This document shows positions 9,896 to 19,399 of a stretch of 49,216 nt of DNA, in pieces. The notes under the pieces are model-generated. The model made no database searches and was not told the origin of the DNA. It was given only the letters and a program-made list of their open reading frames with translations. The position numbers were made by a program, and so were the translations under genes. Numbering within the stretch: the stretch's first letter is position 1; every line of letters begins with the position of its first letter. Origin of the DNA: a bacterium (GTDB lineage: Bacteria > Patescibacteriota > Microgenomatia > JAADGY01); NCBI GenBank assembly GCA_027028625.1, contig JALVIH010000052.1, forward strand, positions 1 to 49,216, given 5' to 3'.

Positions 9896-11050
9896 ATGGC
9901 TAAGGCTTTACATTGGGAGGTTGATTGGGTTCTTCTTAGTTGTTTTGCCCTTTTAAGTTTTATTGGTTTAGTTCTCATTTATACTCTTGATATTCATCTT
10001 TTCTACCTTCAACTAAGTGGTCTGGCTATCGGAGTAGCTTTAATGGTTATCTTAAGCCTTCTTCCTTTTTTAAAACTAATTCAATGGGCACCGTTGGTTT
10101 ACTTTTTAAACATCTTTCTTTTGGGACTGGTTCTTTTAACCTCTCCAATTAAAGGCGCCCATCGATGGCTGAGTGGTTTTCTTTTTAACTTCCAACCTTC
10201 AGAAATGTACAAATTTAGTCTTCTTCTTATCTCTTGGTGGTTTATCTACCATCTTCCCCAACTAAAAGAAAAGAAAGTGCCTCTTAAACTTAGCCTTTTT
10301 CTTAGCTTAACCTTTCCCTTATTCCTTATCCTCATCGAGCCTGATTTAGGAACAACCCTCTTCCTCGGTTTGGCCTTCCTTGTAGCTTGGCTGCCTTTCT
10401 TGTTCTCTCCCAAATCCTTCCTCCTTTCCCTTTTTTTCCTAGCCATCTTCACTCCTTTTATGTGGTATCAACTCAAACCATACCAACAACAACGACTAAC
10501 TTCTTTTCTCAACCCTCTAGCCGATCCCTATAAAAGTGGTTATAACATCATCCAGGCTCAGTTGACTATCCATAATGGAGGTATCTGGGGGAAGCTAAAC
10601 TCTACCCATCATTATCAAGATATCTTACCCGAGGTGAAAACAGACTTTATTTTTTCCGCTTGGGTAGAGGATACCGGTTTTATGGGGGGCATCTTCCTTA
10701 TCTTTCTTTACAGCTTAATTCTCCTCCGCCTAGCCAAGATAGCCGCTCCTTTACCCCCCTTGGAAAAGATACCTCTTATCCTCATTATCTTCTTTATCCC
10801 CCTTCAAGCCCTTATTCATATGGCTATCAACCTCCAACTTCTCCCAGTTACCGGTTTGCCTTTACCTTTTATCTCTTACGGCCGATCGTCCCTAATAACT
10901 AACTTTGCCCTTTTAGGATTACTTAATTCCCGCCTTCGCTACCAGGGGAAAACACCAACTCCGCCTCCAACTCGACCACCTTCTCCCCCAGCGGAACGAC
11001 CTTCATTAGTGAGGAATCTAGAACTTAGTAAAATGACCAATGTTCAATGA
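9896..11050 (+). CDS. rodA: SEDS family rod-shape protein RodA, with Pro-rich C-terminal tail
   Basis: GAHRWL, FQPSE, EPDLGT, LKPYQQQRL, GYNIIQAQ, TDFIFS, LPFISYG. Confidence 0.85.
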   Translation: MAKALHWEVDWVLLSCFALLSFIGLVLIYTLDIHLFYLQLSGLAIGVALMVILSLLPFLKLIQWAPLVYFLNIFLLGLVLLTSPIKGAHRWLSGFLFNFQPSEMYKFSLLLISWWFIYHLPQLKEKKVPLKLSLFLSLTFPLFLILIEPDLGTTLFLGLAFLVAWLPFLFSPKSFLLSLFFLAIFTPFMWYQLKPYQQQRLTSFLNPLADPYKSGYNIIQAQLTIHNGGIWGKLNSTHHYQDILPEVKTDFIFSAWVEDTGFMGGIFLIFLYSLILLRLAKIAAPLPPLEKIPLILIIFFIPLQALIHMAINLQLLPVTGLPLPFISYGRSSLITNFALLGLLNSRLRYQGKTPTPPPTRPPSPPAERPSLVRNLELSKMTNVQ

Positions 11051-11137
11051 TCAATTTTCAAACAATATGGAACTAGGAACTAGGGGATTAATTTTAAAAT
11101 CTTAATTTTAATTATAGGAAAGTAGCTACTTGACCGC

Positions 11138-11259
11138 GTCATCCTGAACGAGCCAAGAGGCGAAGTGAAGGATCTAGCCGAAGGCGCACGAGAGCGCTCC
11201 CAAGTATTGGTGCTAATTCTTTGCGCTACGCTAGATTCTTCACATTCGTTCAGAATGAC
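11138..11259. repeat. REP/MITE-like palindromic element, copy 1
   Basis: Ends GTCATCCTGAACGA...GTGAAGGATCTAGC and GCTAGATTCTTCACATTCGTTCAGAATGAC are inverted repeats around a nested GCGCA/TGCGC stem. Confidence 0.85.
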
Positions 11260-11335
11260 TCCTCGAGGGGGTTATACTCTATGACTTTATGAACTTTCTA
11301 ACTTTATAAACTAAGATCTGAGTTCCGAGCTCCAA
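11229..11335 (+). repeat. 107-bp direct repeat, copy A (copy B at 12683-12789)
   Basis: Identical except for one T/C (TTATG vs TTACG). Confidence 0.95.
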
Positions 11336-11451
11336 CTTCTGATTACCTAATTCCAAACAAACTGAACTTCAAACTCAACACCTGACTTATTGCTTAAAGT
11401 GATATACTAATAGTAAAGACTATCATATATTATTAACTTTAAGGAGGAAGG

Positions 11452-12384
11452 ATGACTAAAAGAGGTCCGGAGAGTGAGCAAACTTATAAGTCTCCTCGAC
11501 CAGTTGATCAACTAAACCCAAAGGTGGAAAGTACAATACGATTCCTGGATAAAACTCTTTTAGGTAGCGAAGGTTTTTCAATAGAAGAAAAAACTGAGGA
11601 GGATTATGTTCTAGCAATAGAAAAGACCGGTTTAGAAGTAAAAGTAGTGTTTTATGGACAAACTGCCTATCCAAAAAGAGTGGAATTACATAAAAATGGA
11701 GTAGGGGTAACAATAGGATATGATGAAAAATTAAGAACAACAGATGCTATAGTAAGGATTCAGGGCAGGACACCAGGCCTTTTTCATGGACCAACAAACT
11801 GGTTTAACCTAAAAGAGGAGAATATCCACGATATTGCCTGTCAACTTAACTTCCCAGAAAATATTGTGAGGTCACTTATTCAGGAAGGTATATTCTCTAC
11901 TTCAAGAATGGCTAGGGAAATGGCAATTATTACTTCCAAAGCTGGGGACGCATTAATAGAAACAGGATTTTGGTGGCCAAATTTTTACGATAACTTACTA
12001 CCTTTAATTCCATCAAGTATTGGTAACAAAATTCCTACCATAGTATTACCATTGAAGGGAGCAGGACATTTGTTGATGGTTCAACACCTTCAATCACCTG
12101 ACTCCAAATCACCAAAAGGAAGAGTCTCAATTATATATCCATCCGAATCAGGACATGTTCCTACCGACCCCTTTGAAAAGTTAGAAATTAACCCTAATCC
12201 TGAAAAAATGAAAGGAGTAGATGCTATGCTTAGAGTTACAGCAGACAAGTGGCATACTAGGATTGATACCGTCTACCGTAATAATAATGGGGACTTTACA
12301 CCAGAATGGTTACGTTATCCTGATCTAGATAAAGCGTTAACTTTTATCTTAACGAGGGCAGCTGAAGAATTAACTCATGTTTAA
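11452..12384 (+). CDS. Hypothetical protein (orphan, A-rich coding)
   Basis: 310-aa ORF with AGGAGG SD; no recognised motif. Confidence 0.75.
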   Translation: MTKRGPESEQTYKSPRPVDQLNPKVESTIRFLDKTLLGSEGFSIEEKTEEDYVLAIEKTGLEVKVVFYGQTAYPKRVELHKNGVGVTIGYDEKLRTTDAIVRIQGRTPGLFHGPTNWFNLKEENIHDIACQLNFPENIVRSLIQEGIFSTSRMAREMAIITSKAGDALIETGFWWPNFYDNLLPLIPSSIGNKIPTIVLPLKGAGHLLMVQHLQSPDSKSPKGRVSIIYPSESGHVPTDPFEKLEINPNPEKMKGVDAMLRVTADKWHTRIDTVYRNNNGDFTPEWLRYPDLDKALTFILTRAAEELTHV

Positions 12385-12569
12385 TCTTGTAAACCCGCAA
12401 GTAGGTATCTAATTCCACATCTGGATTACTGCGTGCTAAACCCTGACAAGTCGGGGTGACCCGAGGGACAAGGTTGTGAATTTTGGTCATTGGGATTTGT
12501 TTAGGATTTTCCTGCCCCTACCGAAGGGGGGTTGGATGTTTGGAATTTGGTACTTGGAGTTTATATTGT

Positions 12570-12713
12570 GTCATCCTGAGGAGCTGGGGCGACGAAGCCC
12601 CCCTTCGGTAGGGGTAAAATCTAGCCGGAGGCGCATGAGGGTGAACCCAAGCTTGGGTGCTAATCCTTGCGCTCGCTCCGCTCGCTAGATTCTTCACATT
12701 CGTTCAGAATGAC
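12570..12713. repeat. REP/MITE-like palindromic element, copy 2 (carries a CCCCCCTTCGGTAGGGG insert)
   Basis: GTCATCCTGAG...AATCTAGC...GCTAGATTCTTCACATTCGTTCAGAATGAC. Confidence 0.85.
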
Positions 12714-12789
12714 TCCTCGAGGGGGTTATACTCTATGACTTTACGAACTTTCTAACTTTATAAACTAAGATCTGAGTTCCGAGCTCCAA
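12683..12789 (+). repeat. 107-bp direct repeat, copy B
   Basis: Matches 11229-11335 with one mismatch. Confidence 0.95.
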
Positions 12790-12808
12790 GTTCTAAGTTC
12801 TAATAAAT

Positions 12809-13243
12809 CTACAGATCCAACCTATAGAGATTAGTCTGGCGGAGATGGAAACCGAGGCGGAGGTAAAGGCGATTGGCAGCTACTCGAGCCGGGTGGGAGG
12901 TCAGGTCCAAATGTTTTACTCCAATCTGGCGAGTTTTCTCAATCAACAACTCCATCATCTTAGTGCCGATACCTTGGCGGCGATACTTTTTATCTACTAC
13001 TACTCCTTCAACAAGTCCTGCTTTCACCTCAATTTTCCTAACCACAAAGAGGCTAGCCAAACCAACTAAATGCTGATCAGCAAAAGCAGCCAGCTGAAAA
13101 AGGCTGGGTTGGTCGAGAAAACGGCGAAAGCTAGTCAAATTATGTTTAATTGGAGAAGTGGTCAACTGAGCAATTAAGGAATTAAGATCATCCAGATTAA
13201 TCGTTCCAACATCTGCCGGAGTAAGAAATGCATATTTAATCAT
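12809..13243 (-). CDS. GNAT family N-acetyltransferase
   Basis: VVVDKKYRRQGIG acetyl-CoA motif; ANRLYLRLGF. Confidence 0.9.
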   Translation of the reverse strand: MIKYAFLTPADVGTINLDDLNSLIAQLTTSPIKHNLTSFRRFLDQPSLFQLAAFADQHLVGLASLFVVRKIEVKAGLVEGVVVDKKYRRQGIGTKMMELLIEKTRQIGVKHLDLTSHPARVAANRLYLRLGFHLRQTNLYRLDL

Positions 13244-13255
13244 TACTTACTTTAA

Positions 13256-15067
13256 TTATAAGCCAAAGCTGGGCTTAGTTAGAGCCATTAGATAAAGAAT
13301 GTTCCGATGTTCCGAACCATCCAGATCGGTCAGCTGCTGCCTACCAGCCCAAGAATTATATTTATCAACCAAATAACAACCAAAAGGAGAGATAGAGTCC
13401 TGAGCCTGGTTGAGAATAATCTTTTCTAAATGGCTAGAGTAGTTTAATAAACGGCAAGCTACTAAAAATTCTAGCTTTTGATCCAGCGACATCTGACTAA
13501 AATTGTTGGAAATCAGCTCTTCTAATCGACGAATAATTTTGAGATAAAGTTGAGCTTCTGTTTTAATTGGCTGGGCATAAAATAAGGAGGCATTAATGAT
13601 AGCATGAGCCAGGAGATAAAATTCAGAGACTAAATGTTCTTGAAGAGTGAGATTACTTAGTTTTACCTTTCTTAATTGAAGTAAACTTTCGCTATCAAAC
13701 TTAACTATTCTGGGGAAAAAGAGACGGTTCAGAAATATAAAGTCTACCCCCCGACTAGAGAGGACAAATAACTCTTCCGGATGAGCCACCAATCTATCAA
13801 GATAACGGCGAATGAGTTTTTCATCCAATAAATTCAAAACCTCTTCACTTTTTAAACCATAAAGATGGCGGCTAAAAAGGAGAGTAAAGAAAATTTTGTT
13901 GTAAGCTCCTAACCAGGGATATTTCTTAACCACCGGCCAGCGAAAGGGGTGGATACCAACTATTTCTTTCCAGAATAACCCCGCTTGAGCCAGATATCCT
14001 TTAACCAATCTCTTCATCTCTTCTAAATTATCCGGATATAACCGGCGAAGGGTAGGGTGGTTTTTGATGTCTTTATTTCCAAACCACAAATACTGGCGGA
14101 CTAAAAAATGAGCTCGTTTCTTGGGGGAGAGAAATTCCAAGTTAGACCAATAATAATTCTCAACTTTCCGATACAGAGAGGAATTACTATCTCGACACTT
14201 ACTAATCTGCTTGGTTACCAAAACTATTTTTTCAGCAATATTAAAAGGAGTCAAAGCCTGAAGATGCTGCCATTGATTAACTGTATTTACTTCCAAAAAA
14301 TACCACTTCTTTTCTTCTTGATGGTAAATTAAATCTATTCCTGCAATCATCAAATCTAAGTTTGTCGCCAAACGGCTAGCCAGACGGCTTAAGAATGGCT
14401 TCAAGGAACTCTCAACCGGATAAACTTTTCCACCTTGGGAAGCATTGTTTAAAAAGGGATGCTTAGTTCTCACCCGTTTCATCATAGCTACTGCCACTCC
14501 TCCAACAACCATTACTCGGTAATCTCCGTCATTAGGGATAAAATTTTGAAAAACATAAGCTTTCAAATCAGAAAGCTGTTTTATTTCATCCTGCCGAGTA
14601 ATTAAATAACTTCCTTTACCCTCGGCTCCTTTATTAGGCTTGGCAATAAAAGGGTAGTTTAACCAACCTTTTTTTATTAAGAGGTAAAGTTCTTTCTCAC
14701 CAGCAACAATATAAGTAGGAATAAAGTTGATCAGGTGGCTGAAATAATTTTTGATATAAGCCTGCTGAACAGATTTAAAAGTTAGGTAAGGACGGTTGAT
14801 TAGGGAGGGATTAATTATATAGGCCCCTTGACGTTTGGCCTCTAGAAGAAAAACAGTTCGCTGGTCAGCAGAAGAATAATTTTCCTCTAGCTTAGCACTC
14901 CGCCAATAAATAACATCTCCAGGATTGATTAAACCAACCGCTACTCGAGCTGTTGAGGGATTAATAACTCTAAACTCCACCTGCAACTTCTGTGCAGCTT
15001 CTTTTAACTGATGAATATGCCATTTTTGAGATGGAGTATCTTGGCGACTGACTAGAATGAATTTCAT
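13256..15067 (-). CDS. RimK-like ATP-grasp ligase fused to a C-terminal helical domain (DUF3541-like)
   Basis: PFIAKPNKGAEGKG, FQNFI, DYRVMVVGG, GIDLI, LEVN; C-terminal HAIINASLFY, DQKLEF and EHRNILYLM motifs. Confidence 0.8.
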   Translation of the reverse strand: MKFILVSRQDTPSQKWHIHQLKEAAQKLQVEFRVINPSTARVAVGLINPGDVIYWRSAKLEENYSSADQRTVFLLEAKRQGAYIINPSLINRPYLTFKSVQQAYIKNYFSHLINFIPTYIVAGEKELYLLIKKGWLNYPFIAKPNKGAEGKGSYLITRQDEIKQLSDLKAYVFQNFIPNDGDYRVMVVGGVAVAMMKRVRTKHPFLNNASQGGKVYPVESSLKPFLSRLASRLATNLDLMIAGIDLIYHQEEKKWYFLEVNTVNQWQHLQALTPFNIAEKIVLVTKQISKCRDSNSSLYRKVENYYWSNLEFLSPKKRAHFLVRQYLWFGNKDIKNHPTLRRLYPDNLEEMKRLVKGYLAQAGLFWKEIVGIHPFRWPVVKKYPWLGAYNKIFFTLLFSRHLYGLKSEEVLNLLDEKLIRRYLDRLVAHPEELFVLSSRGVDFIFLNRLFFPRIVKFDSESLLQLRKVKLSNLTLQEHLVSEFYLLAHAIINASLFYAQPIKTEAQLYLKIIRRLEELISNNFSQMSLDQKLEFLVACRLLNYSSHLEKIILNQAQDSISPFGCYLVDKYNSWAGRQQLTDLDGSEHRNILYLMALTKPSFGL

Positions 15068-15085
15068 ACCCTAATATACACCAAC

Positions 15086-15116
15086 TCTTAGTTTATAAAG
15101 TTAGAAAGTTCGTAAA
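15086..15116 (-). repeat. 31-bp perfect inverted repeat of 12740-12770
   Basis: TCTTAGTTTATAAAGTTAGAAAGTTCGTAAA is the exact reverse complement of 12740-12770. Confidence 0.95.
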
Positions 15117-15132
15117 TCCAAGTTCCAAGTTC

Positions 15133-15176
15133 ATCACACTCCCGAAGAGTGATAAATCACACTTCGGGAGAGTGAT
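15133..15176. repeat. 44-bp imperfect palindrome (two 21-nt arms)
   Basis: ATCACACTCCCGAAGAGTGAT-AA-ATCACACTTCGGGAGAGTGAT; two mismatches. Confidence 0.8.
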
Positions 15177-15233
15177 TTGTTCCAAGTTCTAAGTTCTAAT
15201 CACCTAGTTCCAACAATCTGTTATAATTTCAAT

Positions 15234-15611
15234 ATGAATCAGAAAGTAATTGTTGAACTCCAAGGTCATCAATACATTCTTGGCGAAGGCGAAGAGGTCG
15301 ATGTAGATCGCTTGTCAACAGCTGAGGGAAAAACCTTTACCACCTCAAACATTCTAGCTCTAGTTAATGATAAAAAGGTAGAAGTAGGTCAACCGTATCT
15401 AGCTAAAGTTAAGGCTGAACTCAAGGTAATCAAACACTTTCTGGGACCAAAAACATCTGAGTTCCATTACAAAGCTAAGTCTCACTACCGCCGCCATCGG
15501 GGTTTTCGTCGATCCCTCAGCCGAGTAAGGTTGGAAAAAATTATCCTAGAAACTTCAAAGGCTGCCCCTAAAAAGGCTAAATCAACTCAAGTTAAAACCC
15601 TAAAGAAGTGA
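15234..15611 (+). CDS. rplU: 50S ribosomal protein L21; start reassigned to ATG 15234
   Basis: IVELQGHQY, VGQPYL, YKAKSHYRRHRGFR; TGnTATAAT 6 nt upstream. Confidence 0.92.
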   Translation: MNQKVIVELQGHQYILGEGEEVDVDRLSTAEGKTFTTSNILALVNDKKVEVGQPYLAKVKAELKVIKHFLGPKTSEFHYKAKSHYRRHRGFRRSLSRVRLEKIILETSKAAPKKAKSTQVKTLKK

Positions 15612-16816
15612 ACCAGGTATTTTGGTTTAATCTCAACTCTACCAGCCAAGAGTTTTCCCAAGTAGAAGTAGAGGAAGTATTTAAACAAGAAGGCTATCAT
15701 TGGTCGAGAAACAAAAAGGGTAGTTTTTACCTTTACCATCTAGACAAATTCCCAACTACTCAGGTCCTAAACCGACTCGGAGGGACTATTTGGGTAGGAA
15801 AAGAGCTAGACAAAGCCTCGAATCTTAAGTCTATTCAGGAGAAAGTGGAAGCAGTAAGCCAAGAAGAACTAAAAAAGCATTCTTTTAAACGGTTTGCTCT
15901 TTGGTTTTATGACAACTCTAAATATGATCCTCAATTGAGTCAATCCCTCAGCCAAGAGCTAAAAGCAAAACTTAAACTTTCTTATCTCAACTTCCGCCAA
16001 CCCCGCTTAAGTCGGAAACAACTTCAATCCAATCTTATTCTTACCATTATTAAGTATAAAAAAACATTTTATCTCCTTCAGCTTATCTGGTACTACCCCT
16101 GGGAAAATTTTATTTGGAAAGATAAAAGTAAGATTTTTGTCCAACCCACGGCTGGCATGCTTCCTCACAAACTCAGTCGGATGATGGTTAACCTTAGCTT
16201 ACCAACCTCGCCAACCAAACTCCCAGATGGTTATTACCTTCTGGACCCCTTTGCTGGCTCGGGGACAATCCTCATCGAAGCTTTAGATCAAGGCATTCCT
16301 GTCGTCGGTATTGAAAAAAATCCAACTGCCTTTGCTGGCTTAAAGGCAAATCTAGATAATTTTCTCAGCAAAATTCGGGCCAAAACTCCATATCAGCTCT
16401 ACCAGGGCAATGTCAGCCGCCTTCACCGAATAGTAAAGGAAAAAATAATCGCTGTGGCCAGCGAACCTTATCTAGGGCCAGCCTTCCGTTGGCGGACTAA
16501 TCGTTATCAAAAAAGGTACTTAACCACTTCCCAACGCCCTGACAAACATATTGACCAAAAACAAATAATGGAGATCATTAACAACTTGGAAAAACTTTAT
16601 TATCTTTGGCTCAAACATCAAGCTTTAATCCTCAAACCAGAAACAAAAGTAGTAGTAATCTTCCCTCTTCTTCATTTTCACGAACGATTTTACAGAATAA
16701 AACTGATTGACAATCACCGTTTGGAAGGGTATACTCTATATCAAGGTCCGTTTGTTATTAAAAGTCAACGCGATCTGGCGGTCCGCCGCCAAATTTTAGT
16801 CTTAAGGAGGAAGTAA
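15608..16816 (+). CDS. SAM-dependent RNA methyltransferase (Trm11/TrmG10-like)
   Basis: [35 protein letters not shown] (motif IV-like). Confidence 0.7.
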   Translation: MNQVFWFNLNSTSQEFSQVEVEEVFKQEGYHWSRNKKGSFYLYHLDKFPTTQVLNRLGGTIWVGKELDKASNLKSIQEKVEAVSQEELKKHSFKRFALWFYDNSKYDPQLSQSLSQELKAKLKLSYLNFRQPRLSRKQLQSNLILTIIKYKKTFYLLQLIWYYPWENFIWKDKSKIFVQPTAGMLPHKLSRMMVNLSLPTSPTKLPDGYYLLDPFAGSGTILIEALDQGIPVVGIEKNPTAFAGLKANLDNFLSKIRAKTPYQLYQGNVSRLHRIVKEKIIAVASEPYLGPAFRWRTNRYQKRYLTTSQRPDKHIDQKQIMEIINNLEKLYYLWLKHQALILKPETKVVVIFPLLHFHERFYRIKLIDNHRLEGYTLYQGPFVIKSQRDLAVRRQILVLRRK

Positions 16817-17070
16817 TGTCAAAATCAAAAGCTACCGGTGGCAAGGCCCGCCAAGGTGTCCGCCGAAAAGGAAAACGATTAGGAGTAAAGCTTTTTGGCG
16901 GCCAAGAGGTTAAGGTAGGCAACATTCTAGTCCGCCAACGAGGCACCAAGTTTCGTCCTGGTAAAAATGTAGGAATGGGGCGTGACTTCACCCTTTTTGC
17001 CTTAAAAGAGGGAATCGTTAAGTTCCGTCAACATTGGGGTAAAAAAATAATTGATATTTTACCAAAATAA
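16816..17070 (+). CDS. rpmA: 50S ribosomal protein L27
   Basis: [28 protein letters not shown]. Confidence 0.97.
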   Translation: MSKSKATGGKARQGVRRKGKRLGVKLFGGQEVKVGNILVRQRGTKFRPGKNVGMGRDFTLFALKEGIVKFRQHWGKKIIDILPK

Positions 17071-17071
17071 A

Positions 17072-17998
17072 ATGGGGGATAACTTCCAAGCCAGCGATAA
17101 ACAATCCATAGTCCTTCTTAATGTTGATCTCCTCCAACCTAACCCTCTTCAGCCTCGAGGACATTTTGACAATAAACCGCTTAACGACCTAGTCGAATCT
17201 ATTAAAGAACACGGAGTCTTGGAACCATTAGTAGTCGCCCATACTCCTGCCGGTTACCAAATAATCGCTGGCGAAAGGCGGTGGCGGGCAGCCAAATTAG
17301 CTGGTCTCCATCAAGTACCGGCAATCATAAAAGAAACAACTCCTCAAAAGATGTTAGAGATGGCTATCGTCGAGAACGTCCAACGGGAAGATCTTAACCC
17401 CATTGAACGGGCCATTGCTTTCAAAAGGTTAATCGATGATTTCGGCCTAACTAAAGAACAAATAGCTAAACAGGTTAGCAAAAGCGTTCCTTATGTCATC
17501 AACACCCTCCGTCTCCTCGATCTCCCTGACGCCCTTAAAGACGGCTTAATTGCTGGCCTTATAACTGAGGGCCATGCTCGAGCTTTAGTAAGCATTCCGG
17601 ACAACCAAGCAATGATCCAAGCCTATAAGCAGGTTCTTAAGGAATCGGCCTCGGTTCGCCGAGCCGAAGCCATCGCTAGGTTATACAAAGAGAAGTTAAT
17701 GGGTTTAGGGGTACCCCGTTACGATTCTACCCATCCTCGTTTGGTAGATAAAAAACTCTTCATCTCCCAAAAGAAACTACCCCTCATTGCCGACAAATTA
17801 GCTACCCACCTAAAAAAGAAATTAGGTAAGAGAACAAAACTAGACATTAAACTTAGAAGAACAATCACCCGCACTCAGATCTTAATAAATATCAATGGCA
17901 ATCCTCTAGAAACCAATAATCCGGTGAGAAAACTTTTAGACCATCTCTTCGGCTCACCGAAGTGGTTAGATGACAAAGAGTTACGTGCCTCAGAATGA
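17072..17998 (+). CDS. parB: ParB/Spo0J chromosome partitioning protein
   Basis: PNPLQPR, IIAGERRWRA, ENVQREDLNPIE, HTH, GHARAL. Confidence 0.93.
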   Translation: MGDNFQASDKQSIVLLNVDLLQPNPLQPRGHFDNKPLNDLVESIKEHGVLEPLVVAHTPAGYQIIAGERRWRAAKLAGLHQVPAIIKETTPQKMLEMAIVENVQREDLNPIERAIAFKRLIDDFGLTKEQIAKQVSKSVPYVINTLRLLDLPDALKDGLIAGLITEGHARALVSIPDNQAMIQAYKQVLKESASVRRAEAIARLYKEKLMGLGVPRYDSTHPRLVDKKLFISQKKLPLIADKLATHLKKKLGKRTKLDIKLRRTITRTQILININGNPLETNNPVRKLLDHLFGSPKWLDDKELRASE

Positions 17999-19260
17999 AA
18001 GAGATTGAAGAGGTCTTTCAAGTTAGTGAGTTCAACGAGTTCGTCAACCAACTTCTTTCCTTTCGGGAGTATGTAGTAGAAGGTGAGATTAGCGAGTTCA
18101 ACATCAGCCGAAACAAGTGGGTTTTTATTACTCTAAAAGATCCCCAAACTGAAGAGATTCTTAATGTCTTCGCAGTCGCTTATCAAGTCCAAAGTTACCT
18201 TCCTCTTCTTCAAGTAGGAACCTTAGTTAGAGTCCAAGGGTATCCCAAGCTCCGAGGCAAAAGTGGCCGTTTCAGCCTTAACGCTTACCGAATAATTCCT
18301 GTGGGTAACGGCAGCCTCCAACAAGCCTTTCTTCAGCTAAAAGCTAAGCTGGAAGCTGAGGGTTTATTTGATCCCTCTCGAAAAAGACCTTTACCTTCTT
18401 TCCCTCAAGCCGTCTTCCTTCTCACCGCTCCAGGATCGCGGGCATACTCTGATTTTATCAAGATTACTAAGGAGCGAGGATTCGGTCAGGTTAAAATTTA
18501 TCATATTCCCATCAGCGTTCAAGGGGAACAAGCTGTTCCTTCCATTCTCAAAGCCTTTGATTTAGTCAGAAAGTATCATCATCTAGCTGATTTAGCTGTC
18601 ATCACTCGCGGGGGTGGTAGCCTGGAAGACCTTCAGGCCTTCAACCAAGAAGAGGTGGTTCGAGCTGCTTACGGACTGCCTATCCCTTTAGTCTCAGCCA
18701 TCGGCCATGAGGCTGATATCTCTCTCATTGACTACATCGCGGACAAGCGGGCTTCTACTCCCACTAACGCCGCCGAGATAGTTTTTCCAACTCTTAATGA
18801 AACTCAACAACAACTAGAACTCCTAACCAACTCTCTTAAGTACCAAATGCAAAACAAGTTCAAAAATTACTGGCACCACCTTCATCTTCTTCAAACCTCT
18901 TTAATCAATTCTTTTTCTCAACCCATTGACCGCTTAAGGAACCGTCAAGAAAAATTAGTCTCCCTTCTCAGCCTTTACAACCAGAAACTTAATTTCCGCT
19001 TTCAGCAACTAAACACCCTTTCTAGTAACTTATCTACTAAATCAAGGGATAAATACCATCAGTCATCTCTTCGCTATACTCAGTTAGTAAAACTTCTAGA
19101 ATCAGTTAGTCCAAAAACTATTCTCTCTCGAGGTTACTCAATAAGTCTTACTACTGACGGCAGAATACTCAAAAACAGTCAACAATTAAGAGTAAACCAG
19201 CCAGTCAAAACCTATCTTAAAAAGGGATCCTTCTTTTCCCAAGTCACAAAAGTAGAATAA
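17995..19260 (+). CDS. xseA: Exodeoxyribonuclease VII large subunit
   Basis: VEGEISEF OB-fold, RGGGSLEDL, SAIGHEAD, STPTNAAE, LSRGYS. Confidence 0.95.
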   Translation: MKEIEEVFQVSEFNEFVNQLLSFREYVVEGEISEFNISRNKWVFITLKDPQTEEILNVFAVAYQVQSYLPLLQVGTLVRVQGYPKLRGKSGRFSLNAYRIIPVGNGSLQQAFLQLKAKLEAEGLFDPSRKRPLPSFPQAVFLLTAPGSRAYSDFIKITKERGFGQVKIYHIPISVQGEQAVPSILKAFDLVRKYHHLADLAVITRGGGSLEDLQAFNQEEVVRAAYGLPIPLVSAIGHEADISLIDYIADKRASTPTNAAEIVFPTLNETQQQLELLTNSLKYQMQNKFKNYWHHLHLLQTSLINSFSQPIDRLRNRQEKLVSLLSLYNQKLNFRFQQLNTLSSNLSTKSRDKYHQSSLRYTQLVKLLESVSPKTILSRGYSISLTTDGRILKNSQQLRVNQPVKTYLKKGSFFSQVTKVE

Positions 19261-19264
19261 CTTT

Positions 19265-19293
19265 TTGACAAAACAAAAGGTTAACAGTAAAAT
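19265..19293 (+). promoter_or_regulatory. sigma70 promoter of the thrS leader (TTGACA-17-TAAAAT)
   Basis: Hexamers at 19265-19270 and 19288-19293. Confidence 0.85.
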
Positions 19294-19301
19294 AAAAACC
19301 A

Positions 19302-19349
19302 ATGATAGAGTTAATTAACGCCACTACCCAATTAATAACTACTCCTTAA
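19302..19349 (+). CDS. Thr-rich leader peptide MIELINATTQLITTP (thrS attenuator)
   Basis: Manually translated; two Thr-Thr pairs; overlaps stem segment CCACTACCC. Confidence 0.8.
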   Translation: MIELINATTQLITTP

Positions 19350-19375
19350 AAGGGGGTAGGGTAGTGGTTAGATAC

Positions 19376-19399
19376 CCTCCCTCTTGGGGAGGTTTTTTT
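19376..19399 (+). terminator. Attenuator terminator upstream of thrS
   Basis: CCTCCCT-CTT-GGGGAGG stem followed by T7, 10 nt before the thrS ATG. Confidence 0.85.

Noticed and set aside
12476..12688. 70-aa ORF (also 4417-4614)
   Set aside because: Made entirely of repeat modules; spurious translation.
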